Source: Guillardia theta CCMP2712
Taxonomy: Eukaryota > Protista > Cryptophyta
Assembly: GCF_000315625.1 (NCBI RefSeq)
Contig: NW_005434616.1
Location: 186,001 to 250,000 of the forward strand
Direction: 5' to 3'
Length of the DNA stretch: 64,000 nt
Part shown: positions 48,876 through 62,242 of the stretch, in pieces
How positions within the stretch are numbered: position 1 is the first letter of the stretch
Layout of the letters: every line of letters starts with the position of its first letter
Position numbers and translations under genes: made by a program
Notes under the pieces: model-generated
Database searches by the model: none
Seen by the model: only the letters and a program-made list of their open reading frames with translations
What the model was told of the DNA's origin: nothing

Positions 48876-50199
48876 ATGAGCAGCACCACCCCCGCCCCGC
48901 AGGTGTCAACCCGCTCTGTGCGCTAGTGTTCTGCTCTTGCCGTGGTCTCTTATGCTTCATTTGCTCCTGCTTCTTATGCTGTGATGTGCTTGCCTGTGAT
49001 CCCATCTTGTAAATCGTCTGGTCTGCTCTTGTTTGCTACGCCTCTGCCTCTGCTCCTCCTCGGCGGGGGATCCCTCGAGGAGAAGAGAAAGGATAGGTTT
49101 TTTTGCAGGGGAGGGGGCTGCGCAAGCGAGTGTAGAGGGGATGGTTGTTTCTATTAGTGCTGCACGCTGATAGGCAGCCAGAGATGTTGACAAACATGTG
49201 GTGATGGGGATAATGTAGAAGGGGCATTGGCATCTGTTTTCCGTAGACAGAGGATACTGGATCTAGCGGCTTGATTGCAATGTGCTTGTAGCTGACACTG
49301 AGACAGGTTCCCTACCCTTATCCTCCCATGATGTCCGGACTCCAGTACGCTCCCGGAACCGTGATCTCCGGAGTGCCAGGAGCTGCTCCCGTGAGCTCCT
49401 ACCCCGTCATGTCCTACGGCTACCCCGTCACCAGCGGATCTGCCGCTCCTGTTTCCTACGGCGTGCCCCAAGCAGTTGGCAGCCTCCAGCCTGTCGTCTA
49501 CTCGCAGACCATCCCAGTGCCTGTCCAGACCACCCAGACCGTCATGGAGAACCAGGTGAGCTAGCGGAATGCGCATCGGTGTGAGAGTGAGAGAGGGAGC
49601 AAGTGCTTTCGTGTCAGCATGGGATAGAAGGTGCGCGACTGACTCATGCGATCACAGACTATTATGGAGAGCAGAGAGGTTACCGTGAAGGTTCCCAAGG
49701 TCATCATGGAGGAGGTCGAGATCACCTACCAGGTCCCAGCGATGGAGGAGCGCGTCCACACCGTGCAGCGACCCAAGACTGTCATGTGAGTATCTCATTT
49801 CTTGCTTGCACTTGCCCTTGCTTGGGCTTATCTCTTCAACTGGGAGGGTGAGGCTTGCGATATTTGACGCTGTTTCCTGTCAACAGGGAGGACAGGGAGA
49901 TCACTGTCCAGGAGCCTCGCACCGTGATGGAGCCTAAGACCGTCCAGGTTCCCACCTACCAGACCGTGCAGCAGGAGGTCACCATGTCAAAAGTGCTCGA
50001 GTACAGCCGCCCCAAGCTTGTCCAGCAGCACTACATCCAGCAGTCCGTTGCTCCCTGGAGTACCGTCACCATGACTGCACCAAGCTACACTGGAGCCAAC
50101 GTCTACAGCACCACCCAGCTGGCTCAGCCACAGCAGCAGCAGCAGCAGCAGCAGGGACAGCAATTTTATCAGCCATCGGATGATGCCATCTCCGCATAA
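48876..50199 (+). CDS. Articulin/epiplasmin-like protein, copy 2
   Basis: Same exon structure; one synonymous TAC>TAT change seen. Confidence 0.78.
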
Positions 50200-50698
50200 G
50201 ATGCCGGACCTTACACACGTAGTGTAGATGTTTGGGTGTTTTTTAATCGATGTTGTGTAACGATCAGTAAATCCAATCAAGCTTTGCTTCGATTTTTGAT
50301 CGTTCAGGTCGGTCTTGGCACATTTTGGGTTCAACTGTAGCAAGCTGATTGCAGTTGATAATGTTCATGCTGTTTCAGTATCTTTTTGGGGTTTGTGGTC
50401 AGATTTGGTCTTGTGTGGGTGTTGGTGATTTCTTGAGCATGGTGAATGGCAAGCAGAGCGTTGTTGGCTTTCGGAATCCGAGCAACTTGGGCTTGCATAG
50501 ACGGCAGTGCATGGCCCGCGGCGTAGGCCAGTGTAATATAACCATCGATCAGGTTCGGAGGCGGGCTTGCATCGTAAGGAGCGTCGAGAACCATAGCCTT
50601 AATGGACCGGTTCATTGCAAGGGCAAATTTTGGGTAGGGGTACCAGTACTCCCGTGAGTGATGTTACCGTTACACGTAGTCCCTGCCTCGCCACCGCC

Positions 50699-52022
50699 AT
50701 GAGCAGCACCACCCCCGCCCCGCAGGTGTCAACCCGCTCTGTGCGCTAGTGTTCTGCTCTTGCCGTGGTCTCTTATGCTTCATTTGCTCCTGCTTCTTAT
50801 GCTGTGATGTGCTTGCCTGTGATCCCATCTTGTAAATCGTCTGGTCTGCTCTTGTTTGCTACGCCTCTGCCTCTGCTCCTCCTCGGCGGGGGATCCCTCG
50901 AGGAGAAGAGAAAGGATAGGTTTTTTTGCAGGGGAGGGGGCTGCGCAAGCGAGTGTAGAGGGGATGGTTGTTTCTATTAGTGCTGCACGCTGATAGGCAG
51001 CCAGAGATGTTGACAAACATGTGGTGATGGGGATAATGTAGAAGGGGCATTGGCATCTGTTTTCCGTAGACAGAGGATACTGGATCTAGCGGCTTGATTG
51101 CAATGTGCTTGTAGCTGACACCGAGACAGGTTCCCTACCCTTACCCTCCCATGATGTCCGGACTCCAGTACGCTCCCGGAACCGTGATCTCCGGAGTGCC
51201 AGGAGCTGCTCCCGTGAGCTCCTACCCCGTCATGTCCTACGGCTACCCCGTCACCAGCGGATCTGCCGCTCCTGTTTCCTACGGCGTGCCCCAAGCAGTT
51301 GGCAGCCTCCAGCCTGTCGTCTACTCGCAGACCATCCCAGTGCCTGTCCAGACCACCCAGACCGTCATGGAGAACCAGGTGAGCTAGCGGAATGCGCATC
51401 GGTGTGAGAGTGAGAGAGGGAGCAAGAGCTTTCGTGTCAGCATGGGATAGAAGGTGCGCGACTGACTCATGCGATCACAGACTATTATGGAGAGCAGAGA
51501 GGTTACCGTGAAGGTTCCCAAGGTCATCATGGAGGAGGTCGAGATCACCTACCAGGTCCCAGCGATGGAGGAGCGCGTCCACACCGTGCAGCGACCCAAG
51601 ACTGTCATGTGAGTATCTCATTTCTTGCTTGCACTTGCCCTTGCTTGGGCTTATCTCTTCAGCTGGGAGGGTGAGGCTTGCGATATTTGACGCTGTTTCC
51701 TGTCAACAGGGAGGACAGGGAGATCACTGTCCAGGAGCCTCGCACCGTGATGGAGCCTAAGACCGTCCAGGTTCCCACCTACCAGACCGTGCAGCAGGAG
51801 GTCACCATGTCAAAAGTGCTCGAGTACAGCCGCCCCAAGCTTGTCCAGCAGCACTACATCCAGCAGTCCGTTGCTCCCTGGAGTACCGTCACCATGACTG
51901 CACCAAGCTACACTGGAGCCAACGTCTACAGCACCACCCAGCTGGCTCAGCCACAGCAGCAGCAGCAGCAGCAGCAGGGACAGCAATTTTATCAGCCATC
52001 GGATGATGCCATCTCCGCATAA
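50699..52022 (+). CDS. Articulin/epiplasmin-like protein, copy 3
   Basis: Same exon structure. Confidence 0.78.
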
Positions 52023-52486
52023 GATGCCGGACCTTACACACGTAGTGTAGATGTTTGGGGTTTTTAGTTTTTTTAGAATGCACTTGAAGTCAGCCGGTTT
52101 CTGTTCTTGCTTTTCTGTTGTTGTTTTGCAGGTCAGGGCATTACAAAGAATTGTCGCATTTCACTCCTCAAAGTATTTCTTGTATGTGTTTGTTTCTCCA
52201 ATGGCGGTAAACCTTCCTTTGCACGGAGCTTTGCACAACAGCATGTCATGTTCATGCTCAGGATGGCCATCCCCTGTAGCTGCCAGCCGCAACGAGCTTA
52301 TCAGTGAATTACTGTTGTGTACATACCTTGGTCTCCGGCCCGAACCCTTTTAACCGTCGCTGCAGTAGGGCCAGGAGATTGGAAAATAATGGGAAGGGGG
52401 AGAGAGGGAGAGATCAGCACGACCGAGTCTTGCAGGTTGACTTTAACTGCCCTCTTCATCTGAGTAGTCCAGATTGAACAGACCAT

Positions 52487-55400
52487 ATGGACTGGATATC
52501 AATACTGAAAAGCGAAGATGTAAACAAGAACGAATCTGTGCGAGTTGTATTCCAAGGCTTCAATTTTGCTGTAACTCGTGATCCCTCGTGCCGATTACGT
52601 GTCCAAGAACAAAATTCTCCAAATGTACAATGGGAAATCCATGAAAACAATCATCTGGTCAAAATAAGACGAACATCTTGCGTGAAGCGTGAGGATCAAA
52701 ATGAAGGGCAAGTATCTTCACACGAAGAACCCCACCAAATATCGCAAGTCTCGAAGGAAGAGGGTACAGGGAGAAAAGTTGAATTTCAAGTCAGCGACAC
52801 GCAAGAGACAAGGAGGAAGAAAGATAAGTCCATCAAGCAGGCATGGAGGAGTCATGTTGACAGAATTAGAAACTCGAGAGCTCGTGACCAGGGCGAAGAG
52901 AATGAAGATCTGCTCCCTCCTTCATCGTACGAGAACATTGCCACGATGGAGGTCGATGAAGTCAACCGGACTATACTTCGTGCCAAGGCTTCAATGCGGC
53001 ATGAACTTGAAAATGCAAAGCAACAGCGAGAGGTTTTACAGGTTCACTGACAGCCGAGGGTGTCTACTGTTTCTCAAATGTGTTTCAGGGTCAGATTTCG
53101 AGGATCTCATTGCAGAGACAACGACTGCAGAATGATCGTGAATATCTCGCTTCGAAACGTGATAACTTGCAGGTTAGAATCCATGATCTGGAGCTTCAGG
53201 TCAGAGAGGCTCTAGAAACGCTTGAGCCCTATGAGGAGCGAGTTGAAGTCCTCGAGAGGGATGTGAGAAACCGTCAACAAGCGTGAGTCTCGTCCCTTTT
53301 CTGCTTGCGCTCTTTCATGTTTGAACTTTGCCTTGCAGATCTGAAATTTTGCTGAGAGAATTTCAGTCGGAACGCAAGAAGATGAATGCTATAAAAGGAA
53401 AGGCTCATGAGCTCAAATCTAACATGGAGATGCTGAAAAAGCAACTTCATGCTGCAAAAGAGAAAGTGAATTCAGCGGAAAACAGGCTAGAATCGCTTTC
53501 TGAAAATAACCAAGTCAGACAGTATGAACTAGATATGATGAATGGCAGTATCGCAGTGATTGAGAGATTTCTGAAAGCAGATCTGATCGAAACCACACTT
53601 GACCAAACTTTACCTCCTTCATTTCAACATCTGTGTCAGATCATGACAGAAGGAAGGGAGAGGCTTGAGGAGTTGCAACTGCGTCGATCCAGCATAGAGG
53701 AGCAGAAGGCGGAGGACGACTCCATGAATCAAGAAGAACGTAACCACCAGTCAGACCCCTACGAAGATTTACAAGGAAACGAGCAGGACGAGCTGAGGGA
53801 ATGGAGATCCCTGCCGAGTGTTTGGATCAGACGTAGACGATTTGCTATGAACGCTTCATCCCCTCGTTGGAAGAAGAGGCTGCAAAGCGAGGTTGACGCG
53901 TGGCAAGATGACTCCGGCAGAAGCCCTAAGGTGAATCGTGCGAACCAAGAGGCTCTTGCTCAATTGAAGAAGAAGCAACTCGCTCTGGAGATCAGGCAAC
54001 ACGCGACACCTTCTGCAAATGTTGCGATCACAACCAAATTCTTAGAAGACCACCCATGGCTTTCAGGACAGTATCGAATAAGTTGTTACGAGGAGATGAA
54101 AGATAAATGCATTCAGGTTAGCTCACGTTGCTCGTTCTTGTGAGTCTGAAATGCCTTTGTTTTGCTTTGAAGGGATGGGAACGAGAGCGAGAAGAGCGGC
54201 TAAAGAAACAAGAAGCACAGGAGAAGCCTCTGAGAGAAATATGGGAGGCCAAAGGAATTCCTTTCAACGAAGAAGCAGATGTAAGAAGGCTGCGGTCGAT
54301 TCATGCCAAGTCTTCATACCCCTCCTTAGAAGAAGACTTGGATGAGTTCTGTAGGAAGATGAAGGGGAAGTGGGAGGAGCTGCAGGACCTTTTCAAGATG
54401 ATGGACACCAGCGGAGATGGGCTGGTGGACTTGAACGAGTTCAAGAACGCTTGTGCGATCTTCGAGTTGCACTGGAGTGACGTCAGATGATCAGAGCGTT
54501 TAATCATATTTCTAGGTCCAGCCCTCACTTGGACTTGTCTGACCTTCTTGACCTCTTGGCTCCTCCTCGCGTGACGTCAGAGACTAGGAACTTGTTGCAG
54601 ACTAAGGTGCCATTCTTGCAGCTCGAGTCCGAAGAGGCGATGAGAGAAGTGATAAGAACGATGAAACCGAAGCACTGGTCGAAAGGAGACAGGATTTACT
54701 ACCTGACACAACTCGAGTCTGTCATATACGTCTTGTATTCTGGACGAGTCAAACTTGTGGAAGTTGATGACACCAACTCAAAGATGGTTGGACCTGGTGA
54801 TGTGTTTGGAGAAGAAGCTGTGAGGTCTCTACTTCATTACTTGTTTTCTCATTCTCTTTACAGGTCATCCATCACAACCTTCACGACCACCTTGTTCCGA
54901 GGAGAAGCAACGCGTATGCCATGGAAGACTGTTTGACGTATCAGATCGACAATCGAGACCTGGAGAACGTCTGTGTCGATTGGTTGCCCTTTGCTCTCAT
55001 TCACATCGTTGCAGTTGTTTCCCAAGTTTCCCTCCATGAAGTCGAAGCTCTTTGCCCTGTCTGACATGTACCGCAAAGAACAAGAATGGACGAAAAGGCT
55101 TCTCACCCTTCTCTTCTGAGTCACCGACTGATCCTCCGATAGGTCCCTCGCGCCCGACCCCGTCACCTCCAAGATCGAAGCCAAGGTCTACACCGCTGGG
55201 TTCAAATCCAACAGAGTGAAGATGCGCAACCAGCCCATGATGTAGGAGCGCATGCAACAAGACGACGTGAGGGAGGATTGAGTTTGACTCAGGTTGCCTG
55301 AGGTCAAGTTGCGGAAACTCGACGAAGGGACTCTCGCCAATCACCTTGAGCTGTCTTCTGGTTGAGCCCCCCCCGTCCTCCTCTGTTGACCCGGTTGAAA

Positions 55401-55650
55401 GCCTGCTGCAGTGATACCTACACAAGAAGCAAGTCGCTTCCTCCCGGGTAGACGTTGGGGGAAGATCTTTGAGGAAGAAGTAGAGTGCAAGACGGTGCAA
55501 GAGAAGATAAGATACATCTCAACAAATATCGACAACAAGTTTGCAAGGTCATCATCTTCTTGCTCACTTCTTGCATCTGACTTTGATCTCGGCAGAGTGA
55601 TGAAGTTGAGAGAACAGGGGTTGCGGTATCTCGATGGACTGGGAAAGTAG
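52487..55650 (+). CDS. Coiled-coil protein with EF-hand and cyclic-nucleotide-binding-like domain (multi-exon)
   Basis: Heptad-rich exons; EF-hand DTSGDGLVDLNEF; cNMP-like WSKGDRIY..IYVLYSGRVKL..VGPGDVFGEEA. Confidence 0.75.
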
Positions 55651-55775
55651 ATTTTGTCCGGTCTGAAAATGAGTCTTCACGAGTATCAATCATGACATGT
55701 CTATGATAATTTCAATACATCCATCTCAATGAATCTCAATGAATTCTCTCAGAACATCTTAGCTTGCTGTCTTGA

Positions 55776-57517
55776 TCAGAACCATCCCTTTCCTCCTTCC
55801 AGATTGTTGCAACCCAGCTCCGTCAGCTTCTGATACGCCTGCTCCTCATGTCAGCTATTCGCCCCCTCGGCTGACAGCTCAAACCTTGGCGAAGTCGGCA
55901 AAAAACCGCTTCTCATCTTTCGCGTAGATTTCAACCCACTTGCGGAAATGGAAGTCTTCGATCTGAAGCCTCGATAAGGGCGAGGAAAACAGCAAAAGAC
56001 AAGGCAGAGAGGACATGCTGCAAGGAGAGGAACGAGGGGGTCATGCGTGTCTCAACCAGCGCAAGGTCGGTGGGAAGCATCATCAGATCCTTTCCGTCCT
56101 CGTTTTCGAATTGTTTTGGTCCTTTCCAAGACTTGGGGACCCACTGCAATCCAGTCAGGCGAAGAGAACTGAGCTAACGTCCCGTCACCTTAGACTCAAG
56201 AAGTAGACCTGCGATCAAACGATCAGCGTCATCGAGCCGAGTCACTGGTTCTCTCACGGTAGTACTCGTTGGAGAAGGTGGTTGGGGCCCTTGTCCATGG
56301 ACCGGTGTATCCCGACCTGTCGGTGTGACAGCGCCCGAGGGCATGAGCTCCGAAGAGCGCGACGATCTCTTGATCGTTGAAGCCCATGCGGTAGAAGATG
56401 TCCCTGTGCCGCCCTCCACTCACTCTTGCTACCGTCAGACTCACAGCGACGTACCGCACGTGTCCGATGGTCGCAGGTTTGGTTCCCTTGCGCCAGGTGA
56501 GCCAGTCACGTCAAGATTTGAGGCGCGGGCATACCTTGTCAGCGTCAGGAAGTCTTCCATCGGGTGGACACCACTGGGACCAACGGCCTGAGCTCACGAG
56601 CTGTGCACGGAGATGTCTCTTACCTCTCCACTGATTTGGTCACGACGACCAGGACGGAATGGAATCTGATGAATGCGATGTTAGAGCACAAGAAGCGAGC
56701 AGAAGTAATCACTTTAGGTCCACCCATCTCTTCGATGGCGACAATCTATTGGCAAGGTCAAAGATCGAGGTAAATATTTCAAAGACAGACGTACCGATGC
56801 GAGGATCCAGAGATCAGCATACGTCAGTCCCGGGAATTGAGCCTCCATCAGAATCTCAGAATTTTGCGATCAAGGCAGTTTGCAATCACCTTGATGGGCT
56901 CCAATCGCTTTCGAGCCTCAGCCAGCCCAGCGTTGGCTCCGAAGGCTGCATGGAGAGGAGGGTCAAGGATGACAGAGCGACTTGTGACTGTCTGCCTGCT
57001 TCTGGCGTGAAGCGCATGGTGGCCCCGTCGCTTCCGCCTGCAAAGCTTTCACTCACCACCATCACATGCTTTCTCTTGCACCAGTCTTTGTCTTGGCGTC
57101 GTAAGTCCCAGAGGCATGCCACGCCAGCCTGACACTACAAGAGGTGACGCCGAGTTGCAACGAGGCAGCAAGTCACAGGATAGGCCCGATGCTTCCGTCA
57201 TCGTAGTCATCCTCGTCCAAGATAGCCTTTACTGCATCTCTGACCTGAAAGGAATATGAGCTTTTTCACGGAGCAGACTTGATAAACCTTGCTGTAATCA
57301 GGTTTCTCACTGTATGCATAGGCTGTGAATGCCGAGAAGCCTACGCCAAAGGCCGATGCTACAACCAGACTGCTCGTAGCCCTCTTGAACCCTGAATGGG
57401 CCAGACGTCAGTGCAACTCCTGGAGAAGGCAACCTTTGTTCTACCGGAAGTCCCAAAGTTTCTGGTATGACTGCAGATCTGTCTGCGGATGATGACAGCT
57501 GCAGAAAGAGGAGACAT
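55776..57517 (-). CDS. Class I heme peroxidase, mitochondrial cytochrome c peroxidase-like (many introns)
   Basis: Presequence plus TM; [22 protein letters not shown]; [10 protein letters not shown]; [24 protein letters not shown]; [10 protein letters not shown]. Confidence 0.92.
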
Positions 57518-58090
57518 CAAAGTGTGTCATCGCCATAATTTTCGTTTTTTTCCCCTTCCTTCTCCCTTATTACTCTCATCTCCTTCTCTTGTCCTTGCTT
57601 TCTCTTCTCAATCTCCCCTCCCGTCTCATCCGCCTCCCCCTCTCTTCGTCTCTCCTCTCATATGTCTCCCCCCTCTTCGTCTCTCCTCTCTTCATCCTCT
57701 CCTCTCTTCAACCTGCTTGCTTTCCAGCGCTCCTGAGCATTTTTGTCTTTGCAGAGGAAGACAAACTTGTCCACCCTACTACCCCCACCTATCAAATCGA
57801 ATCAGAACCTCCTTTTATCCACGTTTATCTCCTATAAGTACCCGGTATTTCAACAAAATTCGTGGTAATGACCCCTTCTCTGCCTGGACCCCCTAGCAAT
57901 CGTGGATGCACCCCTCTAAATGATGGCGAGATGAGCCGAGCGCGATGGCAAACCCGCCGATGTCAGGAGGAGGATGGCGAGGCAGCCGCTCCTGTGTCGC
58001 CATGGCAGCTCATGAACACTGGGAGGCCTCCTAAGGAAGCTTTCGAGATCCCTCCACTGGGTGTGTGCGCATGTTGCACGACCTGTCGGC

Positions 58091-60286
58091 ATGACTGACC
58101 CTCAGGCAGGGGAGGAGACCCTGCTGTATGAGAAGGGGACGGACATCAGCGAGAGTCAGTTCTGGAGTGTGATAGACAGCTGGATCAAATCCCCAGAGCA
58201 CATTCTCAAGTCCATCTGGAAGGCTGAGGGAGTGAATATAGACGGTTGCCATGCTGGCTGAGGCATTTGGTGGTGACGAGTCGCATCTCAGATCTGCCCG
58301 AGGAAGAGCGAGAACGAGCTACTCATTTCAAGCCCCGACTGGAAGATTTGCCATTTGTATGGAGATGTCCGTGTTGCTCCTTCTCAACATGATCTCTTGA
58401 AACAGAATGAGGAATCGCACTCTGCAAGTAGTTGTGATGGACCAGACGTTGTCCAACGCTACGAGGATGCAAGGGGAGAAGGTTGCGATGCTTGGCTGCC
58501 TAGCTTGCAGCCTATTGTTAAAACACGTGTTTGGGCTCAACTGTTCCAGTAAGACATCTCCTGATGCTTGTCACAAATGTCAGGGAGCGACTGACCTGCT
58601 GTTATTCAGATCAGGAATCCTGAGAGCAAAACTGGAGGTTGAGAAAGAATGTAGCAATGCAGAAAAGTTCTCGACAGCGGAGCAGAATGCAGAAACCCTT
58701 GATTCAAGTTCTGAACCAGTGATCTTTCGAGCATGATTGCCTTGTCATACATGTGAGTGAGATATTACAGGTCAGGCACACGTTGCGGAGGTTGCACAGA
58801 AAGGACGTCATTGCTGCTCCGTTAGTGTTTCGAGCGCGTTGCGGTGTGCATGACTGAACAGCATTGTCTTCAGATATCTTGATGAATGGTGCACCATATT
58901 CAAAGATGCGAGAAAGGTTTGGTTCACTCCAGTATTGCCGGATGTGAGTGTGTAACGCTGCAACAATTCTCTTTTGACTTGATTTTACAAATAGCCCTCA
59001 AACTGGAAGAGACCGATCATGTCCTACTTGCCTTACAACTATCCAAAGTCTCTCAGGTGAACCCCCTGAATCGGATGCAGAGATTCACCGAGAATTTCTG
59101 AATGCAAAGCATGGCAGGTACAGCTTTCAGTTCCTCCCTGCCGGTGCTCCTGGGGTTGAAGCTAAGTTGAGGATGTTCGCCAACCTCTTCGATATTCGTA
59201 GTGTTGTGAGATGCATGGTTTAAGTCACTTCAGTCTCTGATGCACATCAGATCTTCATGGAGAGCACTGCTGCAAGGTTGCTGGACAAGTTGCAGAAGTG
59301 GGGCTGTTGCATCAAAAACGGAGTCACAAGTTATGAGAAGCGAGTACAGCTGGATGTTCTGGTGGATCAGCAGGAATTTCGCTTGGAGTACCAGAGAATG
59401 AAGAACCTCTACAAGCACTGGGCAAAAGACTGGCCGGAGAGAACCGATCCTCAGAAGTTTGTTTTCGAGGAAACTGGCATAGCAGCTTACCTTGTAGCCC
59501 TATGGAAGAGCAAGAAGTTTGAGTCAGCGACGAGTGACTATGAAAAGAAGATTTCCTTTGTGGATCTTGGCTGCGGCAACGGATTCTTGACTCACGTTCT
59601 GACCATGGAGGGGTTTGAAGGAAAGGGCATCGACAAGCAGCAGAGAAAGATCTGGGACTTATATGGTGAAGAGACGAGGTCAAGGCTAGTTATTGAAGAC
59701 ATCGACCCCGAAACTTGCTGCTATCCAGGGTGAGTGAGAGATTAGGGAAGGAGGGTATGGGTGCAGAGAAGGGAGAATCATGATGAGGATGAGGAGATTT
59801 TGTCAGTTCTGATGGAGGGGGAGAATTCAGGGTTGATTGGGTGATTGGAAATCACTCGGACGAGCTGACGCCCTGGCTTCCATCCATCGCAAGGAGATGC
59901 GGGCCGACCACGAGATACTTTGTGAGCTCTTTTACCCTCCTCCTCCTCGCTGAGCTGCTGTGCCAAGGTGATCCCCTGCTGCTTCTGGGACTTCCAGGGC
60001 AAGTTCAACCGTCGGGTTCCGCAGGAGTCCAGTGAGGCTATATGGCTCTCATGATGCGGTTTGTAAGGCATGTCCAGGGTACACGACCTACTTGAAGTTT
60101 GTGGAGAAGTGCGGCACCGAGGAAGGGTTCCAAGTCCTCTCCGATGTGAGAGCTCTAGAGACCTCCCGCCGCCTGTCAGCTGATCTCCTTTCATGGCAGA
60201 CATTGAGGATCCCTTCCACCAAGAATGTGGCTCATGTTGGTTGCCGGCCGTTGGATGACGGAGGAACTCGAAAGTCTGTCGATTGA
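58091..60286 (+). CDS. TRM44: tRNA (uracil-44-2'-O)-methyltransferase
   Basis: DPQKFVFEETGIAAYL, FVDLGCGNGFL, WVIGNHSDELTPW, IPCCFWDF, LRIPSTKN. Confidence 0.92.
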
Positions 60287-60934
60287 CTCAGTGCTTTGAG
60301 TAAATCTCTTCGATGCCATGATAAGCCGATTCTGAATCACTCACGGTTGCCAAATAATGGCGGCCGACTCTGTAAAAGTCCGATCAGTCACCGGGTCCAG
60401 CCTGGATGATGGGCCCGCTGGCCGGTCGGAGCCGCTTGGACTGTCCGGAGGCTCCCGGAGTCCGACGGTCCTACCAGTACCGTACCGTGCCCGGATCGGA
60501 CCGTCGGCCGGGCTTCAATGAACCGTGTGAAACTTGTGACTTCCGGCGGCCGTCGGAGCCCGGCCCATGATTGCACGGTTCCGGAGTCCTGATATTTTAC
60601 TCAACATCCGCCTGAAAACCCTGACAATGGAGGTAAGTAGATCATCGGGGTAACGAAGAGGGAGGAAGAGGCGAGAGGACGAGCAGGAGAGGCGAAGGGA
60701 TGGCGAGAGGACGATAGATACACGCCGATAACATACTGATGTGTGAGGGGAAACCTCAATGTCGAGGCAGAGGCCATAAAACTGAGTAAACACAGAAGAA
60801 ATGGAGATAGGAGGGGGAGCGGTAAAGAGGAATGTATGCAGAGGGTGCTAAAAGGAGCAATAGAGGGAGGAAAAGTAAGAGGAAATGGAGGATTGCAAAG
60901 CGGAGGCGAAGAGCAAACTCATGATACTGCAATC

Positions 60935-61871
60935 ATGCAGGCCAGCCCCGATCAAAATTTTCTCCTCGTCACTGATGCGCACATGTTGAGTCGACTTCTG
61001 TATCCGAATCCTGTCTGCATTCTTTCTGTATGTTGTCAGAGAACAAGCTCGGAACAGCAAGCGTCTCAACAAGATCGGAATGTCATGGTATTGAGTTGGC
61101 TGACAGCGACGGACAACTACGGTTCCTTCATCTGCAGCGTCAAGAGGAGTAGGCATTCTCTGAGCCTGATGCTTACAAGTAGAAAGTTTGTCCTAGGTGT
61201 TCCCGTCCATGGCATGGAAGAAGTCTTACGGCAGATGGGAGGAGAAAGTGGCAGAGATTCGGACAAGATTGCAAAACTTGGTTTGAGGGCGTTCTACTTG
61301 AGCTCTTTGCGCAAGTGCGACAAGCAAGAAAAGCGGGGCAGATCAGCTAAACAAGAGGAAAGGAAGAGAGCGGAAGAGGAGGATCAAGAGATGCTTGCGA
61401 TCGAGGGGTGTGCAGCTTATATGGTCTGCAGCATAGAGTCAGTGATGAGTACCAAGGACCAAGGTGACGAGGCGGTTCCAAGACGCCAAGGAGGTTGATG
61501 AATTTGATGGTGTGCAGCAAGCGGGAGAGAGAGCACGCAAGAGGAAACTGCAGCACAGACGATTCTTTCCTGTAAGATCACAAGAGCCTTTGTGAATGCA
61601 AAGTGAGTGATATGTGATTTTAATTTTTATCCATCGCTCCTCCCTTCTGACTCGCCCGTCTCGTTGATAGTTACTGGGATGGGAAGACCTTCTGTGCAAT
61701 GTTGCCATCCACCAGACCGTTCATGAGCTTCCTGGGATCAGGTGAGCATCCGATCCAGTCAGTACTCATCAACACTGCCAGTCCATTCACGCGAGCCCGC
61801 GGGCCGGCGACATTCTGATGCGGCCCCATTCAGGAACGTTTGGATTCATAGTGCGCAGCCCTCTAAGTTAA
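60935..61871 (+). CDS. Flavin-reductase-like FMN-binding split-barrel protein
   Basis: SRLLYPNPVCILS, NVMVLSWLT, FVLGVP, IEGCAAYMVC, spliced end FLGSGTFG. Confidence 0.75.
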
Positions 61872-62242
61872 CGAGTCTCCAGAAACTCTAGGCTCACTGA
61901 GTCAGCCGCTGAGCCGTACTAGCCTGGCCTCAGAAGCCCCGGGGCCTGGCCCTCCGATCAGCATCTCACTGCGGCGCCGCAGTGGCCAGCTCACTGAGTC
62001 AGGGCCAGGGCCCGGGCGCAGCGGCCGGGCCGCCTCGGCCCGGCAGCCACTGGGCAGCCTGGGCAGCCAGCCCGGCTGCCGCAGTGCAGCCCGGCAGCTG
62101 GCAGCCCGGCCGATCCGCTCGGACTCCCCATCATCCGTGGTTTCATCTCCCCCCCTGCTGCGACTGCCAGGCCAAGACGGGGAAGAATGTTGAGACAGTG
62201 ATGGGGCGAGCGATATAAAGGGGAAGAGAACAACAGACTCCA

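Larger units (their letters stand above)
47006..52059 (+). repeat. Tandem segmental triplication, ~1823-bp unit, ~2.8 copies
   Basis: Unit starts at 47020, 48841 and 50664; identical ORFs at 47505/49328/51151 and 48032/49855/51678. Confidence 0.97.
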
